Below are positions 21,474 to 33,332 of a DNA stretch of 64,000 nt, one piece after another. Positions within the stretch are counted from its first letter, which is position 1, and each line of letters opens with the position of its first letter. The position numbers were made by a program, and so were the translations under genes. Source of the DNA: an uncultured bacterium (GTDB taxonomy: Bacteria; Verrucomicrobiota; Verrucomicrobiia; Limisphaerales; UBA8199); assembly GCA_963749495.1 (NCBI GenBank), contig CAVVMW010000015.1, positions 160,001-224,000 on the forward strand, in the 5' to 3' direction. Below the pieces are notes generated by a model. The model was not told the origin of the DNA. It saw only the letters and a list, made by a program, of their open reading frames with translations, and made no database searches.

Positions 21474-24400
21474 TCACCGAAGGTCTGCGAGGCTCGATTG
21501 AATGTCACGGAGCTCGGCCACGTTTACGCCCCAGGCGGGGGCGGCCTCCTGGTCGATCTCGGCTTCTACGCCTTCTAACTGTTTCCTTGCCAGTTCGCCT
21601 TGGGCGGCCAATTTGTGCGCCTCGGTGCTAAGGGCGGCCAAGCGGCAGTGCCGCTTGTCGTTCGCGTCGAACTTGGGCAGGCGGACGTACTCGAGAACGT
21701 GCGTCGAAGTCTGCGTTTCGACCCCGTAGCTCTTGACTAGGAGAACTGCAACGCTGGAGCTGAGCGCGGCGCAGACGTAGTGCGCCTCCTCGATGTTGTC
21801 AAGTGGCACGAACATCAGTTTGTGGTCAGGAATGACCACTTTCGTCTTGCCCGCGACCTTGCTATTGCTCGCAACCGCGCACGTTAGGAACTGGGCTTGC
21901 TCCCGCCAGCAAACCTTATAAGGCGCGAGCGTGTAGTCGCCGATATTGTAAAGAGAATAGAATGGGGCGACGGGTTCGAGGCGCTTGTGTTTGCCGGTGC
22001 CCACCTCTTTGCAGAAGTACTTCTTGAAGCCTGACCGCTGGCTCAGTAGCGTCTCGAAGGTGAGGAGATATTTGTAAGTTTCGGGGAATGTGTCTTTGAG
22101 CCAGGCCTCCTCGTAGCCTTGGCGTTTTTGTGGGTCCTGAACGTTCAGTAGATAGGCCGAAGTTTGGGTCCGCCACCGGCCCACGCCTCGGCCGCGAAGC
22201 AAAGGGTAGAGCAAATCGGGTTCCATGGCCTTCCCGGCCACCTGTTCAATGCCCTCGAGCTTGCCAATGTCGCTGAGGTTACGAACGATGACCTGACCAG
22301 AGTTGTTCTCTCCCATGATTTCGAGCCAGTAAACGCCGTTGGCCCACGTGCACGAGCCAGCGTATGCGCGGTACTCCGACCGGCCAACGGCTTTTTGCAG
22401 CGCGTCCAGCGCTTTAGGGCGTGCTGTGAGCCAGGGGCTGTGAGGATCGGCGGGGTTGATGGGCCGAGCTCGCCAGTTTTTCACTTCGACTTTCCCAGGG
22501 TGAATATCTGTGAGGTCGTCGTCCGAGCCGATGGATTCTCCGGGTTTCTTTCGCCAACAGGAGTACTGCACAGGGTAGATGGTGGGTTTGCCCTTCTCGA
22601 ACGTGACGACCGCGGTGCGGTTGGTGGCGCCCTCGAATGGTTGGAAATCACTGAGGTCGTCGACCTGAAGAGTTTGGAAATGGGAACCTCGTTCGCCGAA
22701 TCTGAAGCGGCGGAAGCCGTCGCCCGCGCCTTTGCTCTTGAAGAGCGTCTGCGTGATGATGAAGCCCAGCCGCCCGCCGGGCCTGACGTAGTTGTCGAGG
22801 CACGCGTAAGTAAAGAGCATGGCCAGGTCTTTCTTCCCGGCGCCGCGCCTGCCCGCGTCGCCCCCCAGGGAAAACAGGCCGTAATCCTCCCAGAGCCTCC
22901 ATGTCTTCTCCCGGTAGGAGTCGGAAAGGCTCTGCCAATTCACCCAGGGCGGATTACCGATGACGAAATCAAAGGTGTTCTTGCCGACAAAGATGGGCGC
23001 GAACTGATTGATGCCTTCGAACGTTTCCACCTGGCTGTCGCGTGCGCCGAGCTTGAGTTCTCCCTGCTTGGAGAATTCGGCTGGCGTGAGGATGGAGTCG
23101 CAGAAATACACAGGGATTTCGATGTGGGAGGCCTTCTTGATGAGGGTGCCGAGGCTTAGCAGGAAGTTGGTGCGCGCGGCGATGACGGCGAGAGGGTTGA
23201 GGTCGAAGCCGACCACGTTGGTCAGAAGCTTTTGCGCGAGTTCCTCTGGGCGCACCAGGTACCTGTCAGCGTATTCAAATGCCCTTCGGATACAGAGCGA
23301 CAGAAAGGTGCCGGAGCCGCACGAGGGATCGAGCACGCGTTTATTGGGGTCGCCGTCGTAACCGATTTGGCGGATAAGGCGTTCGGCGAGCCAGTCGGGG
23401 GTGTAGTACTCCCCGAGGTCGTGCCGGACGCGCCGGGGCAGGAGATACTGGTAGAGTTTCTTCAGAAGGTCACGCGTCGCATCTGGATCAATGGTGGCCG
23501 TCGCGGGCTCGAACTGCTGGAGCGCAATGGCGAGGTGACGAATGCTCTGCGCGACGTTGCCGTCCCAGGTGTCGAGGTACCAACGGAAAAAGTCGCCCTC
23601 CAGGAAGTTGACAATATGGAATTGCTTGAAGAGACCACCGTCCTCAAGGTTTTCGAGCCTTGATTTCAGCAGGTCATCGCTGGCGGCTTCGATGTCCCCG
23701 GCAAAGGATTGGAACCACGAGCCTTCCTGCAAGGAGATGAGTTCAGCGGCCAGCATCTTCATCAGCAGGACGTAATACGTGTGGACGGCGAAGAGAAGCG
23801 TCTTCAAGCGCGGTCTGTCCGTAATGCCGTAAAGTTTCGCGAGTTCTTTGGCAGCAGTGTCACCGCGGTCAAATTCCTGCCCGTAGATGATCCCGAAGAT
23901 CATGTCCCACTGTTTGAAGAACATCTGGACGCGCGCGCTGGGCGTCGTAACCAACTTGTGGTAGAGCGCATTAACGGCGCGAGAGGCGACGGGGGCCTCC
24001 GGGCCGAAAACCTCGGCCAGCCCGTGTGGTTCAAGCGCACGGCGGTGGAAGAAGCGAAGAGAGTAAAGGAGCCAGTCCATGCTCGGTTCGTCGATCGGCA
24101 TGGGCCGAACGATCTGAAAGCCGCCGCGTCCGAACCCTCTCGGCCTGAAAAACTCCAGTTGCGTCTCCAGAGACACAGGCTGGAAGTACCGGGCGCGGTT
24201 CTCCGAGGCGGAATAGCGCAGATACATGACTTGCTGGCCGTCGATGCCGATTCCTATCATCTTCTTGACGGCTTCAATTGGTTTCGTCGGAGCGAGTTCG
24301 CGCGCCTTCCCGCTTAGGTACGAGGAGAGTTGCTCTACAAGCAACCTCCGCCCTGGGGCGGTCGCAATCACTCCGGGGCGTTTGTTACTCTATTATGCCG

Positions 24401-24621
24401 AAACCGTACACGGCGTCCGCGCTCCCGGAGCCCTGGAGCAAAGTAATGGGCTGCTCGTAAGAGGCGGCAGTCGAGATTCCGAGTTGAGCTAAGTATTGCT
24501 TTAGCGCCCCCTCCACGTTCAACCGAACGTCCTCCTCGCTCCTGGCGGTCTTGCCGATCGCGCGAATTTCCTCTGCGAGGCGGCTTGCCATGGCCGGATC
24601 GATTTTCCCGAGCAGGTTCAT
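21474..24621 (-). CDS. Type IIG restriction-modification enzyme (nuclease + N6-adenine MTase + TRD); +1 frameshift at ~24385
   Basis: ADAVYG..IIE(Y)K nuclease motif, GEYYTPDWLA, VLDPSCGSGTF (motif I), NPPW (motif IV). Confidence 0.9.
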
Positions 24622-24738
24622 GGCTGCGCAATTTACCAGAGCGGATTCTGAAGAAGCAAGAAAGCCCGCGCGCACTGCGAAAATACGAATGGATCACATA
24701 CGTGAACTGACGCCGAACGCGGTTTGCGCGGTTCGTCC

Positions 24739-24948
24739 GTCACCGCGTAGCGGTGCGTGAAGATAGCCGTGGACTTCCAGTCCACGGGTCCATGGCTAAG
24801 CTCACACACGTCGCGTAGCGACGACTGACAACAGGATTGGAGCCGCCACCGCCAGGCCGTCAGGCGTCGCTACGCGACGCTCGACCCTTCCGGCGGCACC
24901 ACACCGTGCACCGAGGCCCACGGCTACCTTCACTGCGTCGCTGCGCGG
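24739..24948. repeat. ~210-bp nested-palindrome REP/MITE element, copy 1
   Basis: TAGCCGTGGAC..GTCCACGG and CGTCGCGTAGCGACG arms mirrored; inverted copy at 51265-51478. Confidence 0.85.
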
Positions 24949-24977
24949 CCTCCGCGTTGCGCAGACCCGTGACGCCG

Positions 24978-27900
24978 CTACTGCACCACCACCCGATAGA
25001 ACCTCTGCGGGCCGAGTGTCGCCGGGTCGATCACAGTCAGTGACTCGCCGCTCGCCAGGGTGTCCGAGCCCAGCGCCTGCCAGAGCGCATCCTCAAGAGA
25101 ATTCTTGAACTCGACGCGGTAGGTCTTGCCGGGGACGGTGACAAAGGTCATCGCACAACCGGAGCCGGCGCCCGCGGGATTGGGGACCACCGCCGTGACC
25201 CGTGGACGCGGGAAGACACGCACGGTGAAACTGGCAACGGCGCTGAGCGGGGGGACGCCGTCATCGGTGACGCGGACCGTGATGAGGCTGGGGCCCGGGG
25301 CCTGGGCCGGAGCGGGCTGCCAGGAGAACAAACCGGTGTCCGGGTCGATGGCGGCGCCGGCGGGCGCGCCCGGATCGAGGCTGAAGGTCAGGTGCTGGGG
25401 CGGGGCGTCGGTGTCGGTGGCGGTGACGGTGAAGGCGAGGGATTGGCCCTCGATGACGGTGCAATCGGGGATCGCCTGCAGGATGGGGGGCGTGTTGGGC
25501 CGGAGCAGGAAATTGGCGGCGCCTGGTGTGGCCCGGCTCAACGTCACGATCTCCGCGGCGCCGTCGGGAAACCGGCCCTGGCTGACATCGGCTGTTTGCG
25601 GGCCGAACCCGACCAGATCGACGATCGAGCCGTCTGGGGCGAAGAGGCCGATGGCGTCGCCGGTCCTGGAGAGCTTGAAATTGACGTGGAGGTCCGGGCG
25701 GGCGGGGCTGTTCTGGGACGGCTCATTGTCCGCCCAGACCAGCAGGAAGCCCCGGGGCGGGATGCCGTAGCCGGCCGGGACGAGGAACCGCGTCCAGTTG
25801 GTGAGGCTCTGGCCCATGTAATACCCGGAGAGGCCGGCACTGGCATCGCCCGCATTGTAGAGTTCGAACCAGGCGTTGAAATGGCCGTCAGCCGGGTCGG
25901 GCAGGGTGGATTGGTTTGCCGCCATCCATTCGTTGATGAAGACGTGCAGCGGCGGCGGGGCCACGCTGTTGGTGGCGCCGGGTGTGGCCAAGAGGAACTC
26001 CTGGCGCACGAAACTCTGGCCGTCAGGCCAGGAGCCGTAGGAATGATCGGGGGCCAGGTTGGTGTAATCCAGGTAATCGAGCACTTGCGGCTGCTGGTTG
26101 GCCCCGAGCCGGCTCAGGGCCAGCGAGCCGGCGCCGCCGGCCAGCGTGAAGCTGGTGTGCAGTTGGTTGGAGGCGCTCAGGCCGGATTGGCCGTCGGCGA
26201 AGATGACCATGAACTGCTGCGGGCCCAGCGTGGCGCCGGCGGGAAATGCCCACTGGGTCAGGTTCGAGTAATTGTTGGCCAGGTAGAGGCCGGTGAGCGA
26301 GGCGGCGTTGGTGGTGGGATTGAACAGTTCGAGCCAGGGGGCGCGCTGGCCGGCGCTGTTGGTGATGCCGGAGAGGTTTTGCGCCTGCACTTCGTTGATC
26401 CAGACCGGCGGGAAAGGCGCCAGCGTGCTGCGCAGGCTGTTAGCGGCGCCGGGCGTGGCGCGCGCCTGGGTGGTGCCCGTGGCGGGCACGGCGGCCCAGT
26501 TGCCCACGCGCCAGTTGTCCTGGCGCGCATCGACCAACTGGAGAGAACTGCCGGTCCCGGCGGCTGCCGCAGGCCACGGCGGCCTCACATCGTAGCGCAC
26601 CTGGGCGGCGACCAGGTCCTCGGCGGGGGTTGGCCCGGGCTTGACCAGGCTGAGCGTGCGGGGCCCGCCCTGGAGTGTCCCGGCGAACTCCCCTGCCACG
26701 GCAAGCGTGAGACCGTAGGCGGCGCCAAACGCAGGCCGGTCCTCGGCGACGACCAGGTAGCCGTTTGGGGCGATGGCTGTGCCCGGGGGAAAAGTGAAGT
26801 CCACCCCCCACAACTCCCAGCCCGAGAGGTCGAAGGCGGTCGTGCCCGAGAGGTTGTAAAGCTCGACGAACCCGGTCCCGGGGACGGCGGGCTGGCACTG
26901 GATTTCATTGAAGAGGAGCTTGTCCTGGGGCAGTTCGACCGCCCCGGTATAATTGACAGACATTGTCGCGCCGGCGCCGCTGAGCGGGTTGCCCGAGGCG
27001 TCCAGGCCCTGCACGGCCAACAGGTTGGTGCCGGGCGCCAAGGCCAGGCGCGCCATCCAGTTCGAGACCGAGGTCCAGGTGACGGGGAAGGCCGCGCCGT
27101 TGATAGCGATCGAGCGGACCCCGATCGGCGCGGTGCCCGTGAGGGCTATCCAGTTCCGGTTGGTGCTGAAATCCGCGCCGTTGTTGAGCTTGAGTGAGAA
27201 CGCCGCGGGAACATTGCTGGCAATGAGGCTGAGCAAATACGACTGGCGCTGGCTGATATAACTCTTGATGGCCGAGGGGTTCTCGATCGAGAGGGCGTTG
27301 GCGGTGATCGCCCGGTACTTTGCATCGAGGATCGGGAAGAGTTTCGTGCCGCTCAAGGGCCCGGTGGCCAGGTCCTGGAGGATCTGCCAGTAGCGCCGCG
27401 CGTAGGCCGGCTCGGCCAGGTCGATGCCATTGCTGCGCCCGATTCCCTGGAACGGGTCGCTGGTCGGTGGCAGGCCCAGGAAGGCGAAATCTATGTCCCA
27501 GATCATCATCTTCCACGTGTCGCCGGTCGGCTTGTACGCATACATGTTCTGGCCGCTGCCGTAAGCAAAGCTGTCGTTGTTGCCGACAATGTGCTCGACG
27601 GCATAAGTCTTTAACCAGTTGTCCAGGTCGAGGGTCGCCTCGAGCTGGCGGCGATAGCTATCGCCAAGGCCGTTGAAATTGGCCGCATCGACCAGCGCGA
27701 AAAGGTTGGTGAAATTGCTGGCCGAACCCTGGATCGCCCGCTTGCCGAAGATCCAGCGGTAATAGGCAAGGTCCTTCGCCCCGTTGGGGCCGAGGACATT
27801 TTGCAGCGAGGCCCCGACGGCGTTGAAATTGGCCAGCGCGTCGTCGAACTCGAACCAGAACTCGACTTTGTGCAGGTCGCCGTTTCCTGCGGCGGGCCAG

Positions 27901-30900
27901 GTACTCGGCGTCCATGGCGCCGTCGGACCGCTGGGTGTCTTCCATCATGTTGCCGCGGCGGGCGCCGTTGACCAGGAGGTTGACGTGGCGGCGATAAGTA
28001 TAGGGCAGGCCCATCTGCTCGGCTATCCAGTAAGCGGTTTGCTCGCGCTGGCAGCTCGGGTCGTCGCCGCCGTTGCCCGGCCACCGGAAGATAGTGTCCG
28101 TCTCCCCCAGGAGGGGGTCGTCGTCGGGAAAGCTCACGGCATAGCTGCAGATGTTGCCCACTGGAGAATCCCAGCCCTTGGCGTGCCAGGGGCTGCCCGA
28201 ATAGCAGCCGCCGGCGTCGTAGATGACGCGCGAGTTGCCATACACGAAGGTCAGATCGAGCGGTTTGCTGCTCAGGCGCTCGCGGTTGGACCAGCGGTCC
28301 ACCGTCGACTGGGTCATCCAGAGCCTATAGGTGCCGAAGGCGAGGAGTTGGATGGGGTCGCCGTAGCGGACCAGGCATTCGCGCGCGGGGGCATCGTTGG
28401 GGAAGAGCGTCACGGCGCGCGGCGTGAAATTGTCCACGGCCTGGATGTGAAACGCCGCCAGGCTGCCTGCCGGCTGGCCTGGTATCCGGGCGCTGAACAG
28501 GCCGGCGCCGTTGCCAACCATCGGCACCAGGCTCACGTTGGTCGAGGGATCAATGCGGTACTTCAAGAAGAGGGCGGCCACGCCGTCCGGGTCGCTGACG
28601 CGGGCGACGACGGTGACCTGTTGGCCGGCCAGCGGGAGGATGGGGACGGTCTTGACCTCCGTGATGGCGGGGCCGGCATTGGCGGCCGCGCGGCTGTTAG
28701 GCGCCCCGGGCGTGCCGAAGTTGTGCGTGGTCAGAATGTTGCCGGTGGCTTCGAGCCAGTTGCCCTTCAATCGCAGCAGGATCTCCGGCCACCCTGCCAG
28801 CCAGCGGACTCTGGCCCGTAGCGTGGCAGTCTGCCCCTGTTGGAGCGGCACGGCCAGGGTCGTGCGAATCCGGTTGGCCCCGGTGTCGCCGTGCTCGGTG
28901 GCCCGGACGTGCAGGCAATGGGTGCTCTGGTAGCCCTGGCCAATCTCCCAGCTCGAATCCTCGTGATTGCCCTGGGCAAACCAGCCGTCCAGGCCCAACT
29001 CGAAATCGGAGTTGGTGACCAGGTTGGTGCCCCCTTGGGCAAAGACCTCGACCTTGTCCACCAGGCATTCCCCGGCGCCCAGCAGGATGATATTGAGCGA
29101 GTCGGCGGCGCCGGTGCCCCCCTGGAGCACCCCAGTCGCTTGAATCGTCACCCACCCGCTCTTGGCGGTCTCGTCGCTGTCGGCCCAATTGGGTGCCAAC
29201 CGATGGTCGCTCCGGGCATCGACCAGTTCGAGGCTGCTGCCGCCGCCGTGCGCCCATTGGCCCCAGCGCCCGCCCGTGCCGAAGGTGACCTCGTCCACGA
29301 CAATGTGCGTCAGGTTGGTCCAGAACCCGCCCGCGAAGTTGGTGGACACCACCTCTCCCGGCATGGACAGGGCCAACCGCTCGCCGTGACGGGCGATGAC
29401 CCCGCCGAAATCCCCGACGGTGTTGGCCGCGACCAGGCTCGGGCAGGTGGCCAGCAACTGCGCCGCATTCTTCGCCACGACCAGGTAGCCGCTGGCAGGG
29501 ATGACGGTGCCGGCGGCAAACGTGTACTTGATGCCGCCTTCGAGACGCCACCCGCCCAGGCTCACGGGGGACGCCGTCCGATTGTAGACTCCAAATACTG
29601 GTCGTTGTCATCGCCGCCAAGCGGGTCGTACATGATCTCGTTGATGACCACGTCCGCAACGCGCGCAGGCCCATTGGCGGCGCCCGGGGTGGGGGCAACC
29701 AGCCGGCCGAACCCAGGCGCTCCATCCGGCGCGCGCCCCATCGAAACCCCCCTTTCCTGGGCGCCAAGGCGCACGGCGTCGATGACCCTCGAGTCGGCGG
29801 GGTCCTTCAGATAGAGCGTCTGGCCGGCAGGGTCCAGGTCGAAGGCCAGGTCCGCCCCGGTGAACGTGACAAAACCCATGGCGGGGATCATCGTGCCGGC
29901 GGGGACGATGAACTTGTTCAGCACCGGGTCATCGGTGAGGATGCAGCCCGAGAGGTCCACCGCACCGGCGCCGTAGTTGTAGAGTTCGATGAAACCCGAA
30001 TCCGGCACGTCGCTCGAGGCCAGCACCTCGTTGAGTTGGACCGTCCGGCAGGGGTTGAACGAGGCCGACTCGCCCGAGCCGGGCGAGCCTCCCTTGAGGT
30101 CGCTGGCCGCCCAGGCGGCGGGGTTGGCCTCGCCCAGGGACGGCCGCGCCAGGCACAGCGAATGGCCCGCGCCGTCCGCAGCCGCCGGCCAGGGCGTGTC
30201 GCCCGAGTAAGTGACCGCGAAGACGATGCCTCCCTCCCGGTTGACCAACTGCAATGTCCCGGGCTGGCCGGCCAGCCGGTTGCTGTAGGCGCCCAGCACG
30301 TTGGCCACGCCATAGACGGCCTGGAGGTCCGCCGACACCGCCGCGAGCAGGGCATACGAGCGCGCAGCCAGGACCGTGTTCGTCGGGAAGGTATAACTGA
30401 CCTGGCCGCTCAACTGGAACCCGCTGATGTCCTCGAAATACGGGTTCGAGTTGTAGAATTCGATATACTCGAGGGTCTCGCCGCCCGGCCGGTTGGTCGG
30501 GTGGTACATGATCTCGGAGATGACAATGGGCGCGTGGCGGGAGGAGGGCCCGGCGGCTCCGCTGCCGGGCGCACCAGGGAGAAGTCCAGCGGGTTGGGGG
30601 CGAGCGTGAAGGCGAAGGTCGAGTTGGGCAGGATGACGTTTGGCGTTGCGGCGCGGTCGCGGACGTTGCTCACCGTGAGCGTGTAGTTGGTCTGGACCGC
30701 CATGGGGCTGGTGGTGAGGAGGACCATGCGCGGGTCCGGACCGAAGGCGGCCGAGAGGACCGAGACGCCGCTGCTGATCCGATAGTTGGCGGCGCTGGTG
30801 GCGCTGGCGGGCTCGACCGGCTTGGAGAAGATGACGGAGAGGACTTGCGGGTTGCCGGGACTGCCCACCGAAGCCAGGAGGGGCCGGGTGACATCCGGGT

Positions 30901-31723
30901 TTACCGTGAGCGTGGCGGCGGCGCTGTTGGTGCTGCCCAGGCTGTTGGTGATGGAGCAACTGAACCGGCTGCCGTTGTCGCTCACCGACACGGGCCCAAT
31001 CGCCCAGGAGGTATTCGTGGCGCCGGTGATGGGGACGCCGTTCCGGCGCCATTGATAGACCGCCTCGTATTTCTGGCCGACCTGGACGGTGAAGCTGGCG
31101 CTGCCGCCCTCGATCACGCTCACGCTGGCCGGCTGAACCAGGATGACCGGCGGGCCTAGCCCGTACGGCACCAGGTATGTCCCCGGGATGGGCGGCGCGC
31201 CATTGGCCGGCACCGGGTCCCCCGGCTTCTGCCAAGTGACGGCGATGTTATCGCTGCCGCTGCCTTGCTTCTGCAGCGCCTCGATGTAATACTGGTTGCC
31301 GGCCGTGAGCGAGATGGGGGCCGACTTCTGGGAGGCATGCGTGTTCCATTGCCGGGCGCCGTCCCAGGACGATTCGGAGGCGATCAGGACCTTGTGCGCC
31401 GGGTTGGCGTCCTGGCTCAGGTAAAGGGCGCCGTTGTCGTCTGTGGCAATCCAGAAGACGTAGTTCCCCGTGACCGGCGGCGCCAGCAACGCGCGCATTC
31501 GCGTGCCGTAATTGTCGCCGATGTTCGACGGCGCCTCGAAGGCGCTCTCGATCGTCACGAGGTCCGGGTTGTTGGGAAAGCTCGGCGCATTGGTCAGGTC
31601 CGAGACCGCGCTGCCCGCAATGTTGAAATAGACCTCGCGCAGCACACCATTGCTCTGGGCTCTGGCCACGACAGCGCAGGACAACCAAACCAGGAGGACC
31701 AGCCCGGCGCGCCGAGGGTGCAT
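24978..31723 (-). CDS. Giant secreted PA14 / Ig / lamin-tail / CotH-kinase protein (~2250 aa); frameshifts at ~30549, ~29589, ~27900
   Basis: PA14 (YVFWIATDDNGAL), repeated (I/V)NEI(M)Y..ELYN lamin-tail units, CotH (GNNDSF..N.Y..IWDID); ends QRFYRVVVQ. Confidence 0.9.
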
Positions 31724-31737
31724 CCTGACCCTGCCCG

Positions 31738-31849
31738 CGGAGTGCGCCCGTCCCCGGGCGCAGCAACGACGGAGCGGGCAGGCGCGCCCGAGTGTTCGAC
31801 CGCTGCCCCGGCTCCGGACGTTGCTGCGCCCGGGGACGGGCGCACTCCG
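31738..31849. repeat. 31-bp perfect inverted repeat (REP doublet)
   Basis: CGGAGTGCGCCCGTCCCCGGGCGCAGCAACG (31738-31768) and its reverse complement (31819-31849). Confidence 0.9.
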
Positions 31850-31978
31850 GTGAGGCGCCCGGCGGTGGGGGCAGTCTCAGATGCGCTCGCGCGCCGAGCC
31901 GGCCGGAACCAGGAATTGACATGCTCGAACATACTGCGGGACTGCTTCGGACCATAGACCGATGCTTGCATCCCTGTA

Positions 31979-32003
31979 AAGGCTGAAGGCTGAAGGCTAA
32001 AGG
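31979..32003 (+). repeat. Heptamer tandem repeat (AAGGCTG)x3.5
   Basis: aaggctg aaggctg aaggcta aagg. Confidence 0.7.
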
Positions 32004-32105
32004 TGCTGCGTCCTCGGGCTGAGGCGCATCTGGCCACAACCACCCTGGCATGAACGGCCAAGCGCAACGCTGGCGTGCCTGATCCATCCCGAAGAAGGTC
32101 CCAGG

Positions 32106-33275
32106 TCACATCATCCTAATCCGAATGCTTGCCAAGTCTCGCCATGCCACGGCGGTGAACCGCCCCGCCTCGTCCAAGGGGAACGTGTCAGGCCCTGGAT
32201 AGAGAACGAACACGCGCTTTAACTGGAGATCCTCGGCCGCGATGCGCATGGACCTGGAGATGGCGGGAACAGCGGCATGTTTGAACTCAAATCCGAAGGC
32301 CGCGCCGCCGGAACTCAGCACCAAGTCCATTTCGGCCCCGCTCTGTACGGAATAGTGGAAACAGTCTTCGCCCGCGATGCCGGCCTCATGGATGAGATGT
32401 TCCAGGCAGAAGCTTTCCCAGGAAAAGCCCATCCGCCCCGAGGTCTGAACCTGTTCTGCCGTCTCAAGCCCAAGCAACGCGTGGAGAATGCCAGTGTCCC
32501 GAAAGTAAAGCTTGGGAGCCTTTCGAACGCGTTTGGCCACGTTGACGAAAAAAGGGGGAATCGTCCTGATGACATAGGCTCCCTCCAGGATGTCAATGTA
32601 CCGTTGCACGGTCTTGAAATCCACCCCGATGTCACGGCCCACCGCAGAGGCATTGGTCGCTTGGCCGTTCCCGTTCGCAAGCACCAGCAGCAAACGCCTG
32701 AGTTGCTGGGGTGACAGCCGGCTTTCGGCCAGCATCGCAAGATCCCGTTGAAGAAAGTCGTTGATAAAATCGCGCCGCAGTTTCATCGAGTCTGCATCGC
32801 TCGCCGCCAGAAATGGTTTTGGAAATCCGCCGCGCAGCCAGAGAATCGACTGGTGGTGATGGCCGACTTCGCTGCCGATGAAACCGGTCATCTCAATACG
32901 GAAGGTGCGCCCTGCGAGAGTCTCAGCGGCCTGTCGGACCAGCCTTGGAGAAGCGCTGCCCAGCAGCAAGAACCTCGCGGGCATTTCCGGTCTGTCCGCC
33001 AGCACGCGCAACAGGGTGAACAATTCGGGCAGTCTTTGAATCTCGTCCAGGATCACGCGCCCACGCAACGGGGACAGCGTCCCCATCGGGTTGTCCTCCA
33101 ATCGGCCGCGATGAAGGTAGTTCTCCAGGTCGAACCAGTGTGTGTCGGGCCTGTTTTCGTAATAGCGAGCCAGGGTGGTCTTGCCGCATTGACGTGGCCC
33201 GAGCAGCAACGTGATGGGCTGTGTCCGAAGGCCTTTCTCGAGGAGGCTTAGAAGTTGGGCGCGTTCATACTGCAT
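32106..33275 (-). CDS. AAA_14 ATPase with DUF4143 C-terminal domain
   Basis: GPRQCGKTT, ILDEIQRLP, LLGSAS, KAPKLYFRDTG, EMDLV..FEFK. Confidence 0.92.
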   Translation of the reverse strand: MQYERAQLLSLLEKGLRTQPITLLLGPRQCGKTTLARYYENRPDTHWFDLENYLHRGRLEDNPMGTLSPLRGRVILDEIQRLPELFTLLRVLADRPEMPARFLLLGSASPRLVRQAAETLAGRTFRIEMTGFIGSEVGHHHQSILWLRGGFPKPFLAASDADSMKLRRDFINDFLQRDLAMLAESRLSPQQLRRLLLVLANGNGQATNASAVGRDIGVDFKTVQRYIDILEGAYVIRTIPPFFVNVAKRVRKAPKLYFRDTGILHALLGLETAEQVQTSGRMGFSWESFCLEHLIHEAGIAGEDCFHYSVQSGAEMDLVLSSGGAAFGFEFKHAAVPAISRSMRIAAEDLQLKRVFVLYPGPDTFPLDEAGRFTAVAWRDLASIRIRMM

Positions 33276-33332
33276 ATTCGCAAATTAGGAGTTGAAGTCT
33301 CGAATTGCAAGTGTATATTTGGGAGCAAAGAA

